Part shown: positions 14,384 through 25,141 of the stretch, piece after piece
How the letters are laid out: each line of letters starts with the position of its first letter
How positions within the stretch are numbered: position 1 is the stretch's first letter
NCBI GenBank assembly: GCA_051362555.1
Contig: CM120649.1
Location: 8,494,001-8,558,000, forward strand
Origin: Lingula anatina
Taxonomy: Eukaryota > Animalia > Brachiopoda
Reading direction: 5' to 3'
DNA: 64,000 nucleotides
Position numbers and translations under genes: made by a program
The notes under the pieces: generated by a model
The model's input: only the letters and a program-made list of their open reading frames with translations
What the model was told of the DNA's origin: nothing
Databases searched by the model: none

Positions 14384-14636
14384 GTAAGTGAATTGAAATA
14401 TTTGTAGATCATCTGAGTAGATATTATATTTTACATCATTATAAAAGGTAATGAAATAAATGTGCCTATACTTGTATAAATAATTTCAGACCATATCTTT
14501 CCTTGGTGCAGACTAAGTAAATAATTTGGCATATGTTTAAATGTGATAAAAGTATACATTAAAATAAGTCTTTATCTAAGCTTATGATTTAATTGTTTTT
14601 GTATAAGTAAAATAAATGAAAGTTTTTTTTTTCCAG

Positions 14637-14720
14637 CCCCCACTAAGAGGAATGTCCCCTATCACATCACAGGAAGCCATACTGCGGGGTTCAATGTGGA
14701 GTTCTTGCCTGCAGAAGTTG
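14637..14720 (+). CDS. Filamin exon (PTKRNVPYHITGSHTAGFNVEFLPAEV), 84 nt
   Basis: ttccag|CC ... TTG|gtgagt. Confidence 0.92.
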
Positions 14721-15016
14721 GTGAGTTCAATAAAAACTATAAGTTATAGGTAATTTTTATAATCCAAAGAGGAAAATAAAATACCTTTTTGCTTTGTTCA
14801 GTAATTGGAATTGGCGAGAGGGAGTCATTTGAAAATTCATGGGAATGGTACTGTGCAAAAATTTAAGATTTGGCAACAACCTATTTTTAGCCATATGGCA
14901 ATTATTGAAGGTGGGACTGGATAAGCATCATATGTTGAGTGTGTATGTATTTGACATCCCAGTTCTGATCTTTTATGAAAAAATGTTTGTACTAAATTGT
15001 GATTGGTATCTTGCAG

Positions 15017-15160
15017 GTATCTACATGATAGATATCAAATATGCTGGCAAACCCATCGCAGGGAACCCCTTCAAGTGCTATGTGTATGACATGAGTAAGG
15101 TGAAAATCCTCCGAGACCCCACCAATGAGCCAAACAGATATGGAGATGTTGTCTTCTACG
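15017..15160 (+). CDS. Filamin exon (GIYMIDIKYAGKPIAGNPFKCYVYD...), 144 nt
   Basis: ttgcag|GT ... ACG|gtaaga. Confidence 0.92.
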
Positions 15161-15374
15161 GTAAGATGATCATGATCATGGTAAATTTACAGGAGAAATT
15201 TGTCAAGATGTATATTCACAATTTATACTAAACCAATTTAAAAATACAACTCCTTGCCCTGTAGATGTACCTTTTGTCTATCGTTTATATTCCATGTTTG
15301 AATAGTAGATTGAGGTTCATGTTGATCTGTTAAAGTCAATTTTTAACTATGAATTCTGTTTTTCATCATTTCAG

Positions 15375-15563
15375 TTGATGCTCTAGAAGCAGGAGCTGGT
15401 AACCTGGAAATCGAGGTCTTCAGTCATCAAGACGGTTCCAGAATTCCCAACTTCATCGAGCAAGAGCCAGACAACAAGTCTCTGTTCAAAGTGTTCTTCA
15501 CCCCGCCTCCCAGGGTGTATAGATATGATGTTGGGGTCAGGTTTAATGAGGAAGAGGTAGAAG
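15375..15563 (+). CDS. Filamin exon (DALEAGAGNLEIEVFS...VRFNEEEVE), 189 nt
   Basis: tttcag|TT ... AAG|gtaggg; 3' end amplified by 77-bp repeat. Confidence 0.9.
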
Positions 15564-16420
15564 GTAGGGGTTCTTCACCCTGCCTCCCAGGGTGTATAGA
15601 TATGATGTTGGGGTCAGGTTTAATGAGGAAGAGGTAGAAGGTAGGGGTTCTTCACCCCGCCTCCCAGGGTGTATAGATATGATGTTGGGGTCAGGTTTAA
15701 TGAGGAAGAGGTAGAAGGTAGGGGTTCTTCACCCTGCCTCCCAGGGTGTATAGATATGATGTTGGGGTCAGGTTTAATGAGGAAGAGGTAGAAGGTAGGG
15801 GTTCTTCACCCTGCCTCCCAGGGTGTATAGATATGATGTTGGGGTCAGGTTTAATGAGGAAGAGGTAGAAGGTAGGGGTTCTTCACCCTGCCTCCCAGGG
15901 TGTATAGATATGATGTTGGGGTCAGGTTTAATGAGGAAGAGGTAGAAGGTAGGGGTTCTTCACCCTGCCTCCCAGGGTGTATAGATATGATGTTGGGGTC
16001 AGGTTTAATGAGGAAGAGGTAGAAGGTAGGGGTTCTTCACCCTGCCTCCCAGGGTGTATAGATATGATGTTGGGGTCAGGTTTAATGAGGAAGAGGTAGA
16101 AGGTAGGGGTTCTTCACCCTGCCTCCCAGGGTGTATAGATATGATGTTGGGGTCAGGTTTAATGAGGAAGAGATAGAAGGTAGGGGTTCTTCACCCCGCC
16201 TCCCAGGGTGTATAGAAATGATGTTGGGGTCAGGTTTAATGAGGAAGAGGTAGAAGGTATGGGTTCTTCACCCTGCCTCCCTAGATGATAGTTTTTTTTT
16301 ACCCTGCCTCTCAGGGTGTATCAACATGATGTTTTGGTCAGGTTTAATAAGAAGGTAGAAGTTCTTCACCCTGCCTCTCAGGGTGTATAGTTATGATGCT
16401 GGGGTCAGGTTTAATGAAGA
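15493..16420 (+). repeat. 77-bp tandem repeat (10 near-identical copies plus degenerate tail) comprising exon 3' end and splice donor
   Basis: Period 77 (15494, 15571, 15648 ... 16187). Confidence 0.95.
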
Positions 16421-17220
16421 AGATGTCGAAATTACCAGGCAGTATTATGTTACAGAGCAATGTTCCGAAAATAAGATATAGCATTCACTTTTTAATTGTT
16501 GACCAAGTATTACTTCCTCAATTCATTGATGTTTGCATAATTATGGTAATTAACCTAGAAGTCAAAATTTCTTTTTATTACCTAACTTGTTTCATATTTT
16601 CAGCTTTTTAATATAATAAAACATTAATTTACTTTCTTAAAAGATAATGTAATTATTGATAATCATGTTGAGCTCCATCTTTATAATTTTATTTTAACTC
16701 ACATTTTTGTACTTTTAGGAGCAACTGACAAAAGCATGGTTGCCTTGGCAACATAACAACAAGCTGACAGGTTAAAACTATGTTGGTGGTGGGAGTGTCA
16801 TGATTTTCACTACATAAAAAACTTTTGTCAGAAATTCGCTCATTAATGTCAGCAATTATTCTTTATCCTTTAAGTGGCATCTCAGTTTAGCTTAACATAA
16901 ATTGCATTTTACTAGTTTTAATTTTAAATTATTTCTTCTTTAATATTGTTTATTTTAAAATTATTTTTTATGTATTTATTTAACCTATTTTATTTTTATG
17001 TATTTATTTGTTTATCGTTATTGATTTCTTTCTCCAATTCTCTACCTAAGAAGAACATTCTGCATATTTCTTGCATCCTTGATTTTGCAGCGAGGGGGGT
17101 CTAACTGTTACTTGCCTGACATTGCCATAGCTTATGTTTGGTAAACATACTAGCAAGTCTTAGTGTATGTATCATCAACCAGTGGTCATCTCATTGTAAC
17201 CAGTGGTCATCTGATTCCAG

Positions 17221-17364
17221 GCAGTCCATTCCACTGTGCCATAGTGGACGGCAGCAAGTGTTCAGTGAGTGGGGACGGACTGTCCCGAGTACCGGTCAAT
17301 AAGATGACCTGGTTTGTAGTGGACCCCCACGGGACAGACGCTGACTGTATTGTGGAGATCACAG
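17221..17364 (+). CDS. Filamin exon (GSPFHCAIVDGSKCSVSGDGLSRV...), 144 nt
   Basis: ttccag|GC ... CAG|gtgagt. Confidence 0.92.
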
Positions 17365-17435
17365 GTGAGTCCATAGGACATACAATTTCAGCTCGCAGTT
17401 ACCTGGCTTCTCTTACATGGCTGAACGTTATTAGT

Positions 17436-17571
17436 ACATAGCTAGGGGGGTTCAGGGGGTTCAAAGATCCCCTCTAGGTAAAGTTTAAATTTGGTACATG
17501 GAGGATTCATGGTGAAAGGTCCACTTTTAAAGAAAAAGAATCCCCCTTTTCAAATAGCTGGCTACAGGCCT
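17436..17571. mobile_element. MITE family C (..aaaggtccacttt..ctggcta..gcct); second copy ~21585-21741
   Basis: Colinear similarity between the two copies. Confidence 0.55.
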
Positions 17572-17719
17572 CTTATTAGATTATAATTGTAAATGTCTTC
17601 TTCAGAGATTGTGATGTCCCTGATCTTTTTGGAATGATAAACTTCAATTTGTTCATTGGTACTGGTTCTAATACTGTGCTATATTTCTTGATCATCTGAG
17701 TATTGTGTTCATGTTTCAG

Positions 17720-17803
17720 CTCCTAGTGGCAGAGTTGTCCCTGCTCGTGTCACTGGCAGCCCCAACACAGGATTTAGAATAGAATTCACCCCGACTGAAG
17801 TTG
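17720..17803 (+). CDS. Filamin exon (PSGRVVPARVTGSPNTGFRIEFTPTEV), 84 nt
   Basis: tttcag|CT ... TTG|gtaggc. Confidence 0.92.
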
Positions 17804-18174
17804 GTAGGCAACTTTGATATGAGTTAACTTGTTCCAACACATTGCAGCACTGAGAAAAAGCATTAGCTTTGAATTTTACTTGAAGTTTGTTTTTTTTATC
17901 CAGGTTTCTGGATTGTACTTGTCATTTCTTATGTCCCCTCCGTAATAGAAAAGAAACAATAGTCTTATCTTTACTAAGTGGACAAGAAAATTGTTAAAGG
18001 CCATCTATAATCCTTAATTTACCATTTGATGTGCTTAACAAGTGATTCTAACTTACAGTATTGCAATTTGGCCTGTAGTAATTACGTAAGCCCATGGTTT
18101 CTTCTTCAATATGTTGTGTCTAATGCTGTATGATTCTTTAATTTAGTAATCTTCCTATATATTCACACCTCTAG

Positions 18175-18312
18175 GTCGCCACCAGACCAAGATCTTCTAT
18201 GCAGACACTGAGGTGAAAGGCAGCCCTTTCTTCTGTGATGCCTATGATGCCACCAAGGTGATACTGGAACAAGTCAGGAATGGGCTGATAGACACACCAG
18301 TACATATGGAAG
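18175..18312 (+). CDS. Filamin exon (GRHQTKIFYADTEVKGSPFFCDAYD...), 138 nt
   Basis: ctctag|GT ... AAG|gtaaat; 3' end amplified by 42-bp repeat. Confidence 0.92.
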
Positions 18313-18601
18313 GTAAATTGTCTATACTGTAGAACACACCAGTACATATGGAAGGTAAATTGTCTATACTGTAGAACACACCAGTACATATGGAAGGTAA
18401 ATTGTCTATACTGTAGAACACACCAGTACATATGGAAGGTAAATTGTCTATACTGTAGAACACACCAGTACATATGGAAGGTAAATTGTCTATACTGTAG
18501 AACACACCAGTACATATGGAAGGTAAATTGTCTATACTGTAGAACACACCAGTACATATGGAAGGTAAATTGTCTATACTGTAAAGCACACCAGTACATA
18601 T
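18292..18601 (+). repeat. 42-bp tandem repeat (7+ copies) comprising exon 3' end and splice donor
   Basis: Donor copies at 18313, 18355 ... 18565. Confidence 0.95.
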
Positions 18602-18602
18602 T

Positions 18603-18770
18603 CAGGGGCGGATTTAGGCCGTCTTCTGGGTCTTCTGGAAGACGGTCAGATTTTCAAGTTTACATTGTCAGCCATCTAATGTTTTCTGTCGGAAGACGGT
18701 CAAAAATGGAAGATGGATCAACAAAGATAATTTGAAAGACTGTCAGAAAATATCTCTGGATCCGCCCCTG
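18603..18770. mobile_element. MITE with CAGGGGCGGAT terminal inverted repeats
   Basis: caggggcggat ... atccgcccctg flanked by atatt duplication; related ends at ~60785 and ~61860. Confidence 0.85.
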
Positions 18771-19044
18771 ATATTGAAGGTATAACTTGTCATCACAAAA
18801 CCAAGATGAATTGAAGGAGTTTGCCTTGCTAAAAGTATGCTATACATGCTGTTTACTAAATTATATGTAATTCATGTGGAATGTTTGACGAAATGTAGTA
18901 AGTATTTGTCAGATTTATTTGCTTAGGTTGTACATGTACATGTGGCAAAGTTGACCCATGTTTAGATTTATCTCTATTAATTTTCTGAACATAATGTGTT
19001 TATACTGGTAGCACTGGTAGCAATATAAAATCTTGTCTCCCCAG

Positions 19045-19218
19045 TGGATGCGTCCCAGGCAGGTGAGGGATCCATGGAGGCGGATGTCAGGTCCAGAAAT
19101 GTACAGGTTCCCAGTGAGATCAAGCCAAAGGGCAACGGGATGTATGACCTCTCTTTTGTGCCACGCGATATGAACACACATGTTGTCAACCTGTTCTTTA
19201 ACGAGGAACATGCCAGAA
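19045..19218 (+). CDS. Filamin exon (DASQAGEGSMEADV...LFFNEEHAR), 174 nt
   Basis: ccccag|TG ... GAA|gtaagt. Confidence 0.92.
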
Positions 19219-19672
19219 GTAAGTCATTTTTATTGCCTTTTCATGTTCAGTGTTTATGTCTTAGGATTACAGCTGTGTAGGTATGTTTTAATGAGGGTGA
19301 CAACTTCATAACATGGTTATTACATAAGGGAATATCACCTTAGCAGTGCTGCTGCACAAGACATTGGCAATTGATTAACTGCATCTAAACAGCAGGATGA
19401 ACTTTGTAGAGAGCTATGTAGGGATAGAGCCATATCTCAGTTGAGGTAGTCTCCTCAAAGCAGTCTCAACATGGACCAAATTCAGTTCTTCTCCAACATG
19501 GACACAAATTCTTAATGAGCATAGTTTAACTTATTTTACATTAATAAGAAATTTTAAACTTGATGTTTCACTTATGAAATTTGGTCATTTTATAGACAGA
19601 TATTGGAGATATTCATTTAATGCTTTGTATAAATATGACAGTAAGTATTATTTTGGACCACTCTGTCTCCAG

Positions 19673-19819
19673 ATTCACCGTGGATGGTGGACATCATAGA
19701 TGCCAGTCATGTGACAGCTAGTGGTGATGGCCTGAGATTGGCCCCAGTCCAGCATGTGGCCTGGTTTGAAGTGGACACACACGGGCCAGCAGAGGCACCC
19801 ATTGGGGTCAAAATTACAG
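19673..19819 (+). CDS. Filamin exon (SPWMVDIIDASHVTASGDGLRL...), 147 nt
   Basis: ctccag|AT ... CAG|gtaagt. Confidence 0.92.
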
Positions 19820-20070
19820 GTAAGTCTTATTTCTTTATGTATATAATTTCTATAATAATTCCAGCTTTTTTTTACATTTTTTATTTTGGCAGGATAGAAA
19901 GATTTGCACCTTATATTTTCTGAAAATTATCTAATAGATTCAATTTGATAGATAGCAAACAGTGCTTGTTTCCAATAGAATAATTTTCACAAGTTTGGTC
20001 TCTAAGATGAATGGCAGATGTTGCTTAGAAAAGTCCTCTATTTGTAATATAATTATGTAACTCCTTGTAG

Positions 20071-20301
20071 CGCCATCTGGTGCCACAGTGCCCTGCAGAG
20101 TCACCCCCAAACCCGGCACTGTCAACCAGTTCATTGGAGAATACACCCCAATAGAGCCTGGGAGACACCTGGTGGAGATTAAATATGGCACTGCCTCTAT
20201 TGTTGGGAGCCCGTTTGCTTGCGAGGCATACGATGCCAGTAGAGTGCGTGTCACAGATACAGATTACAGCGGCAGGGTTAACCAGCAGCTGGGATTTACT
20301 G
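20071..20301 (+). CDS. Filamin exon (PSGATVPCRV...GSPFACEAYD...QQLGFT), 231 nt
   Basis: ttgtag|CG ... CTG|gtgagg. Confidence 0.92.
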
Positions 20302-20651
20302 GTGAGGAAATAGGCTGCTTTACATTTTAGAATTTTTTGTAGAAAGACACCATTGTGTCAAATTTAATAAAATCCCATGTAACTTCTGTGCATCATATTT
20401 AAGATTAATAAACATTAATTGCTATTCACCTAAGACAAATAGAATCACAGGTATCATTAAAGAAGAAGCTGAAAACACGCATTTTTAAGATGATTTATTT
20501 ATGATTTTTGTTCAGTTTTTTACATTACATAGCAAAATCTTAGATAACTTTTACTGTATATATTTAAATCATCTTTATGTATAAACCTTAGTAAAGTATA
20601 CTGAACATTTTATGAATATTCATCTTATTCTTCTTCATATTATTATTTTAG

Positions 20652-20828
20652 TTGACTCCTCTCTGGCCGGTCAGGGCACAATAGATGCACAAGTGACAGC
20701 ACCTAGTGGCCGTTTAGTTCGCCTAAATCGTGAGAGGCTGTCCAACACCCTGCATCGTTTCACATACATGCCAGAGGAGCCAGGCGACCATCAAGTTGAA
20801 GTTACCTTTAATTATGAGAAAATACCAG
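20652..20828 (+). CDS. Filamin exon (DSSLAGQGTIDAQV...FNYEKIP), 177 nt
   Basis: ttttag|TT ... CAG|gttagt. Confidence 0.92.
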
Positions 20829-20991
20829 GTTAGTAACAATAGCAGCAATCAAGATATAATTGATCTTGAAATAATTGTGCTCAATTGAAAAAATATGAAA
20901 TCTTTTCTTATTTTAAGGTTTAAGAAAAGCATCAATAGTTTCATGGACAAATGTATCCATTCTTCAAATGATATTTAACTCACTTCAGTGG

Positions 20992-21002
20992 TATTATTAT
21001 TA

Positions 21003-21044
<42 letters not shown>
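20992..21044. repeat. (ATT)n microsatellite; another at 38485-38534
   Basis: Direct reading. Confidence 0.9.
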
Positions 21045-21045
<1 letters not shown>

Positions 21046-21805
21046 GGACAAGATATTTGATACATTCAGTGTTCTCAATGTGACAAAAGTATGTCAACTG
21101 TTATCTAAGACATAGAATGAAAACTGCAGTCTATATATTTGCCGTGTCAGTTACATTATGCATAACAAAGAACCAGAAACAATGACTCAATCACAGGACC
21201 ACCAGTGCTATCATATGAAATAGCCATAGATTATCAATGATGGTTCTATCATATGTGGCCTTTATGCATCTCCAAGTCATTTAAGACGGAGTCAGTGCCC
21301 AAGGAGCACATGACCGCTGTGTTGTAAAGTGCTGAGATTTTTTGATTTTGCAGTTGTAAAATTGATAAGTAAGTGAAGTTATGCGTGAAGTGCTTTACTG
21401 AGGGAATGCATATTTGCCGTTGAATCTCATTTTTAACATGTGATCTGTAATTTTTATTATGAGATTGGAGGCTATGTGTTTTATATGTATAAAGCAAATG
21501 CTATTCATTATCAAGAAGGTATTTACGTATACAATTCTTTTTGTCTCTACAGGATTACATATTTACCTATATATCAATAATGGCAAGTCCATAGCAAGGG
21601 GGTTTCAGGGGTATGAACAAACCTAGCCCCTATTTGCTGGGAAAAGGTTGGCTCTGGGTAGAAATTGATCTTGGTACACATACTTTTCATAGTAAAAGGT
21701 CCACTTTTTGAGAAAAAAAGAAAATGCTGGCTATGAGCCTGAATTATATATATGTTAACATATACAAGTTCTTTCCATCACCAGTAGATGTCACTGTTAT
21801 TTCAG

Positions 21806-22009
21806 GCTGTCCCTTCAAAGTCTTCACCCAGGAAGTCGTACCACGCACGGAGGTTGACATGTTGAGAACGAGCCTACCTCGGGAGAGCAGTATGCGTGAC
21901 ATGCGTGATGGTGGCATGCGCGAGACAACAACAAGAAGGACGTCTTACTTCATGATCCAGCCCCAGGGCACACAGTACAACCTGAGGGATATGACATGTA
22001 TTGTACAAG
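21806..22009 (+). CDS. Filamin exon with Arg/Met/Thr-rich insert (GCPFKVFTQE...MTCIVQ), 204 nt
   Basis: tttcag|GC ... AAG|gtggat. Confidence 0.85.
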
Positions 22010-23038
22010 GTGGATAGCATATTAAAAAGCATTAACTAGGTCTACTTACGTGGTGATGTGCAATATAAAAGAAATTGTTATATTTGCTTGCTGATATCAC
22101 AGTATACTGTTCTCCTGTACCTATTACCCAGCTATATACTACATAATTATTTAATTATTGCCTTCAACAGTAAAAGAAATAGATTTAAAGCAGTGTTCTT
22201 GTGAATGGATATAGTTTATATTTTATCCCCTTATATAAGTTAATTTTTTTTTTTTTTTTGTATTCTTTATATTGCATAATGGCATATATATATATATATA
22301 TATTGGTTGATGATGATGATATGTTACATTGAGATTGGCAATGAAATAACAGTAACTGTTCTTTTTCAGCAGAGAATTTGAGCAAAATTTACTGTTTTAT
22401 ACTTATACTTTCCACCATCAGTTACAATATGAACAGTGATAGGGTTCATATTATCTGGTTGTCTGGCCACTGTACTAGCTAGTAGAATCAGTTGGCAAGG
22501 CATGGTTTACCATTTGAAATGGGACATAATTTATTGGAGTATATGTAGTGTGGAAGTGAGATATTTGAGATATGTGTGAGATATTTGAGATATATGTGAG
22601 ATGAGTTGACAGTAGAGTACAGTTGTGAGTAGGAAGCATGAGTAGACCAGCACTCTCCAACCTCTGCACAATAATGTTCAAGTTGATTAGTCAACCCACT
22701 TTGATACTTTCACCAGTAGTTGTTTATTATTTCAACCAAGAGAATGCCATGCTTTACCCTCAAATTTTCATTATTTTTTGTTGATGCCCATACTCCATTT
22801 TCATGTTTTTTGTTTCAGCTTGATTTTCCACACTTTGAACTCCTTTATTATCTTAAATTGTAAATATGTGTGATAAGTCATTTGTTAAATTTTGTCAGCA
22901 GCTTAAATGTTAATGCTAGATATATTATACCCCAAAGTAAGATGTCCTAATAGTTATAATTGTATCCCAAGCTTGGCTAAACTAGGGCTAAAGCTAAGTA
23001 AGAGCCATAGAAATAATCCAGTCTCTTTTTGATCTCAG

Positions 23039-23122
23039 CTCCCAATGGAAACCAGGTCCCAGCCAAGATTGTCCAGACTCCAGAGGGAGACTTCAGAGCG
23101 GAGTATTCCTCTCCATACACAG
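23039..23122 (+). CDS. Filamin exon (PNGNQVPAKIVQTPEGDFRAEYSSPYT), 84 nt
   Basis: tctcag|CT ... CAG|gtaagt. Confidence 0.92.
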
Positions 23123-23188
23123 GTAAGTGGAGAACTATGTTGTGATAACAGTTTTTGAGTTAATAAAAATGTAAAGTGAAGATCAATA

Positions 23189-23387
23189 AGGGGTCATCCA
23201 TTTTTATTATCATTTTTACAAGCTACAAATAGTAGACTTTTTCCGACCCCCCCCTCTTCAAGTTAAAAATGATGACCTTTGACAGCAATTTGTATCATCA
23301 TATTTGTACAGAGGGCATTAACCCTTCCCCTAGTGTACACATAATTCGTAGACTTCTGAAAATGATAATAAAAATGTATGACCCTTT
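23189..23387. mobile_element. MITE family B second copy
   Basis: agggtcatccatttttattatcat ... atgataataaaaatgtatgaccct; internal matches to 1568-1822 in reverse orientation. Confidence 0.65.
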
Positions 23388-23613
23388 ACAATGGCAGATA
23401 GCCAATAGGTACAACTGAATTGTCCTAGACGGTCTCCCTAATCTTCACCTTCTTGTAATAGTCACAGAAATGTTTTTTATTTGTAATCATATCCATCATG
23501 ATTTACATCAAACAAAGATAATGTCAACTTTGTACACCATTATCCAACTTTTTCTTCAATTTGTTGACTTAATTATGATATTTGTATGTTATATCATTTG
23601 TTTCAATTTTCAG

Positions 23614-23754
23614 GCCGTCACATAGTGGAGATATTCTTCTGTGGTCAACCCATCAAGGGCAGTCCATTCTATGTGGACATCTATGACCCAGACAGAGTGA
23701 GAGTGGAGAGGCTGGAGGAGGAGGCCTTTGTGCAGAAAGAGACAGGGATTAACA
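23614..23754 (+). CDS. Filamin exon (GRHIVEIFFCGQPIKGSPFYVDIYD...), 141 nt
   Basis: tttcag|GC ... ACA|gtaagc. Confidence 0.92.
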
Positions 23755-24196
23755 GTAAGCACTTCATTTATTGGTTTATAATTGAAGTAGAATTTTCAGA
23801 AAAAGTATAGTTTGCAGGAGTTTGCAAGAAAAATTTTAATGTTGCTAATATGCAGCCATATTGCAGCAAATTTGCTGCAAATTCACTGTGAATTTGCTGT
23901 GAATTTGCAGCAGGCCTGATATTTTACTAAGGGCATGTCTGATGAATTTAAGAATATTGTATATACCACAGTTATGATTTCTTCTCTTTTTTTTTCCTTG
24001 TTTTTGTTTTTGAAAAGGAATCAGTTATGGAACTTGTATGAAATTGAACCCATGTAAAGTGAACATGTTTCTCATGTTGGATGACTTCATTTTTCTTTTC
24101 ATTATAAGCATTGTCTGCTCCAAGATATGAGCTAATTAAAAGTAGCCTGATTTAAGACTACTTTTGTGTATTCACTGTAAATGTGTCTGGTTTCAG

Positions 24197-24370
24197 TCAA
24201 GTGGGAGGATGCTGGTAAGGCAGAAGTGACCATCAAGTTGATAGGACCCAGTGGTCAGAGCATCCCATTCACCACCCACAACACACCAGAGGGCACTAAG
24301 GTCAACTATGTCCCCACTGAGTTTGGCACCTACAGGATCCACGTGTTCTATGGGGGGCAGGAGATCTCAG
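24197..24370 (+). CDS. Filamin exon (KWEDAGKAEVTIKL...FYGGQEIS), 174 nt; last exon before the 20-kb variable region
   Basis: tttcag|TC ... CAG|gtaaac. Confidence 0.92.
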
Positions 24371-24663
24371 GTAAACTACCAGATACCTCTGGAAGCCAAT
24401 TTGGGCTATTAGTTTTGATGAGGATAGTGTTATGGCTGTTATATTCAGTCACATTCAAATATTTTCCATTTGTGATTTTGTAAATACTTAGGTATTGGTT
24501 CCTGTCTTATATCTTAGGCAACAATGGATTCCATCATCTTGAGCACAATGGATAAAATGTGTTACCAAATGATTTTGAAATATATTTTCACATAATGGCA
24601 AGGCTAATGTGAACAGCCATGTAAGTGTCATATGGAGAAGTTCTGTTGACATGTGGCACTGTC

Positions 24664-24902
24664 ACTGAGGGGAGTTCCCAATAAAACTATTGTCCTATGT
24701 AGTTCGATCCAACTTTGCAGGGACACTGAATGCAATTAGATTTACTGAATAACATGCCTCCTCAAGCAGCTAGAAGTTGATTAACTTTTGAGTGTGTTTG
24801 GTCCCACTTAAAAAAATTGAAAAATCTTTCAAAAACCAAGCACACACAAAAGTTGGATAGATCTATGTAGAATGATAGTTTCAATGGGAACATGCCCTCA
24901 GC
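24664..24902. mobile_element. MITE, family A second copy
   Basis: Shares ctgaat.acatgcctcct, gttgga...atgtagaa...gggaacatgcc with 1-262; ends are inverted. Confidence 0.65.
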
Positions 24903-25141
24903 TGTCACTTACTGTAGGATCCATGTCAAGAGATTAAATAGCATGTCAGGATTATGCATTGCGTTCACAGCCATGCCTTCATCAGTTCTTTGTTTCAGCT
25001 TTGTTTCAGCAAACATACAGCAACATAATATATCCATATCATATATTTAAAATTTCAGGAAACTGGATATTGTGCAAAAAATGTTTTATATCCTAGTATC
25101 TTTATCATTGTCTAATCTGTCAATTCCAGCAATTTTATCTA

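Noticed and set aside
15493-16262. CRISPR-like regular array
   Set aside because: Eukaryotic DNA; units are identical end to end with no unique spacers and derive from an exon.
18171-18599. Minus-strand ORFs with 14-aa repeats (MYWCVLQYRQFTFH / YSIDNLPSICTGVF)
   Set aside because: Products of the 42-bp tandem repeat read antisense; no splice or start context.
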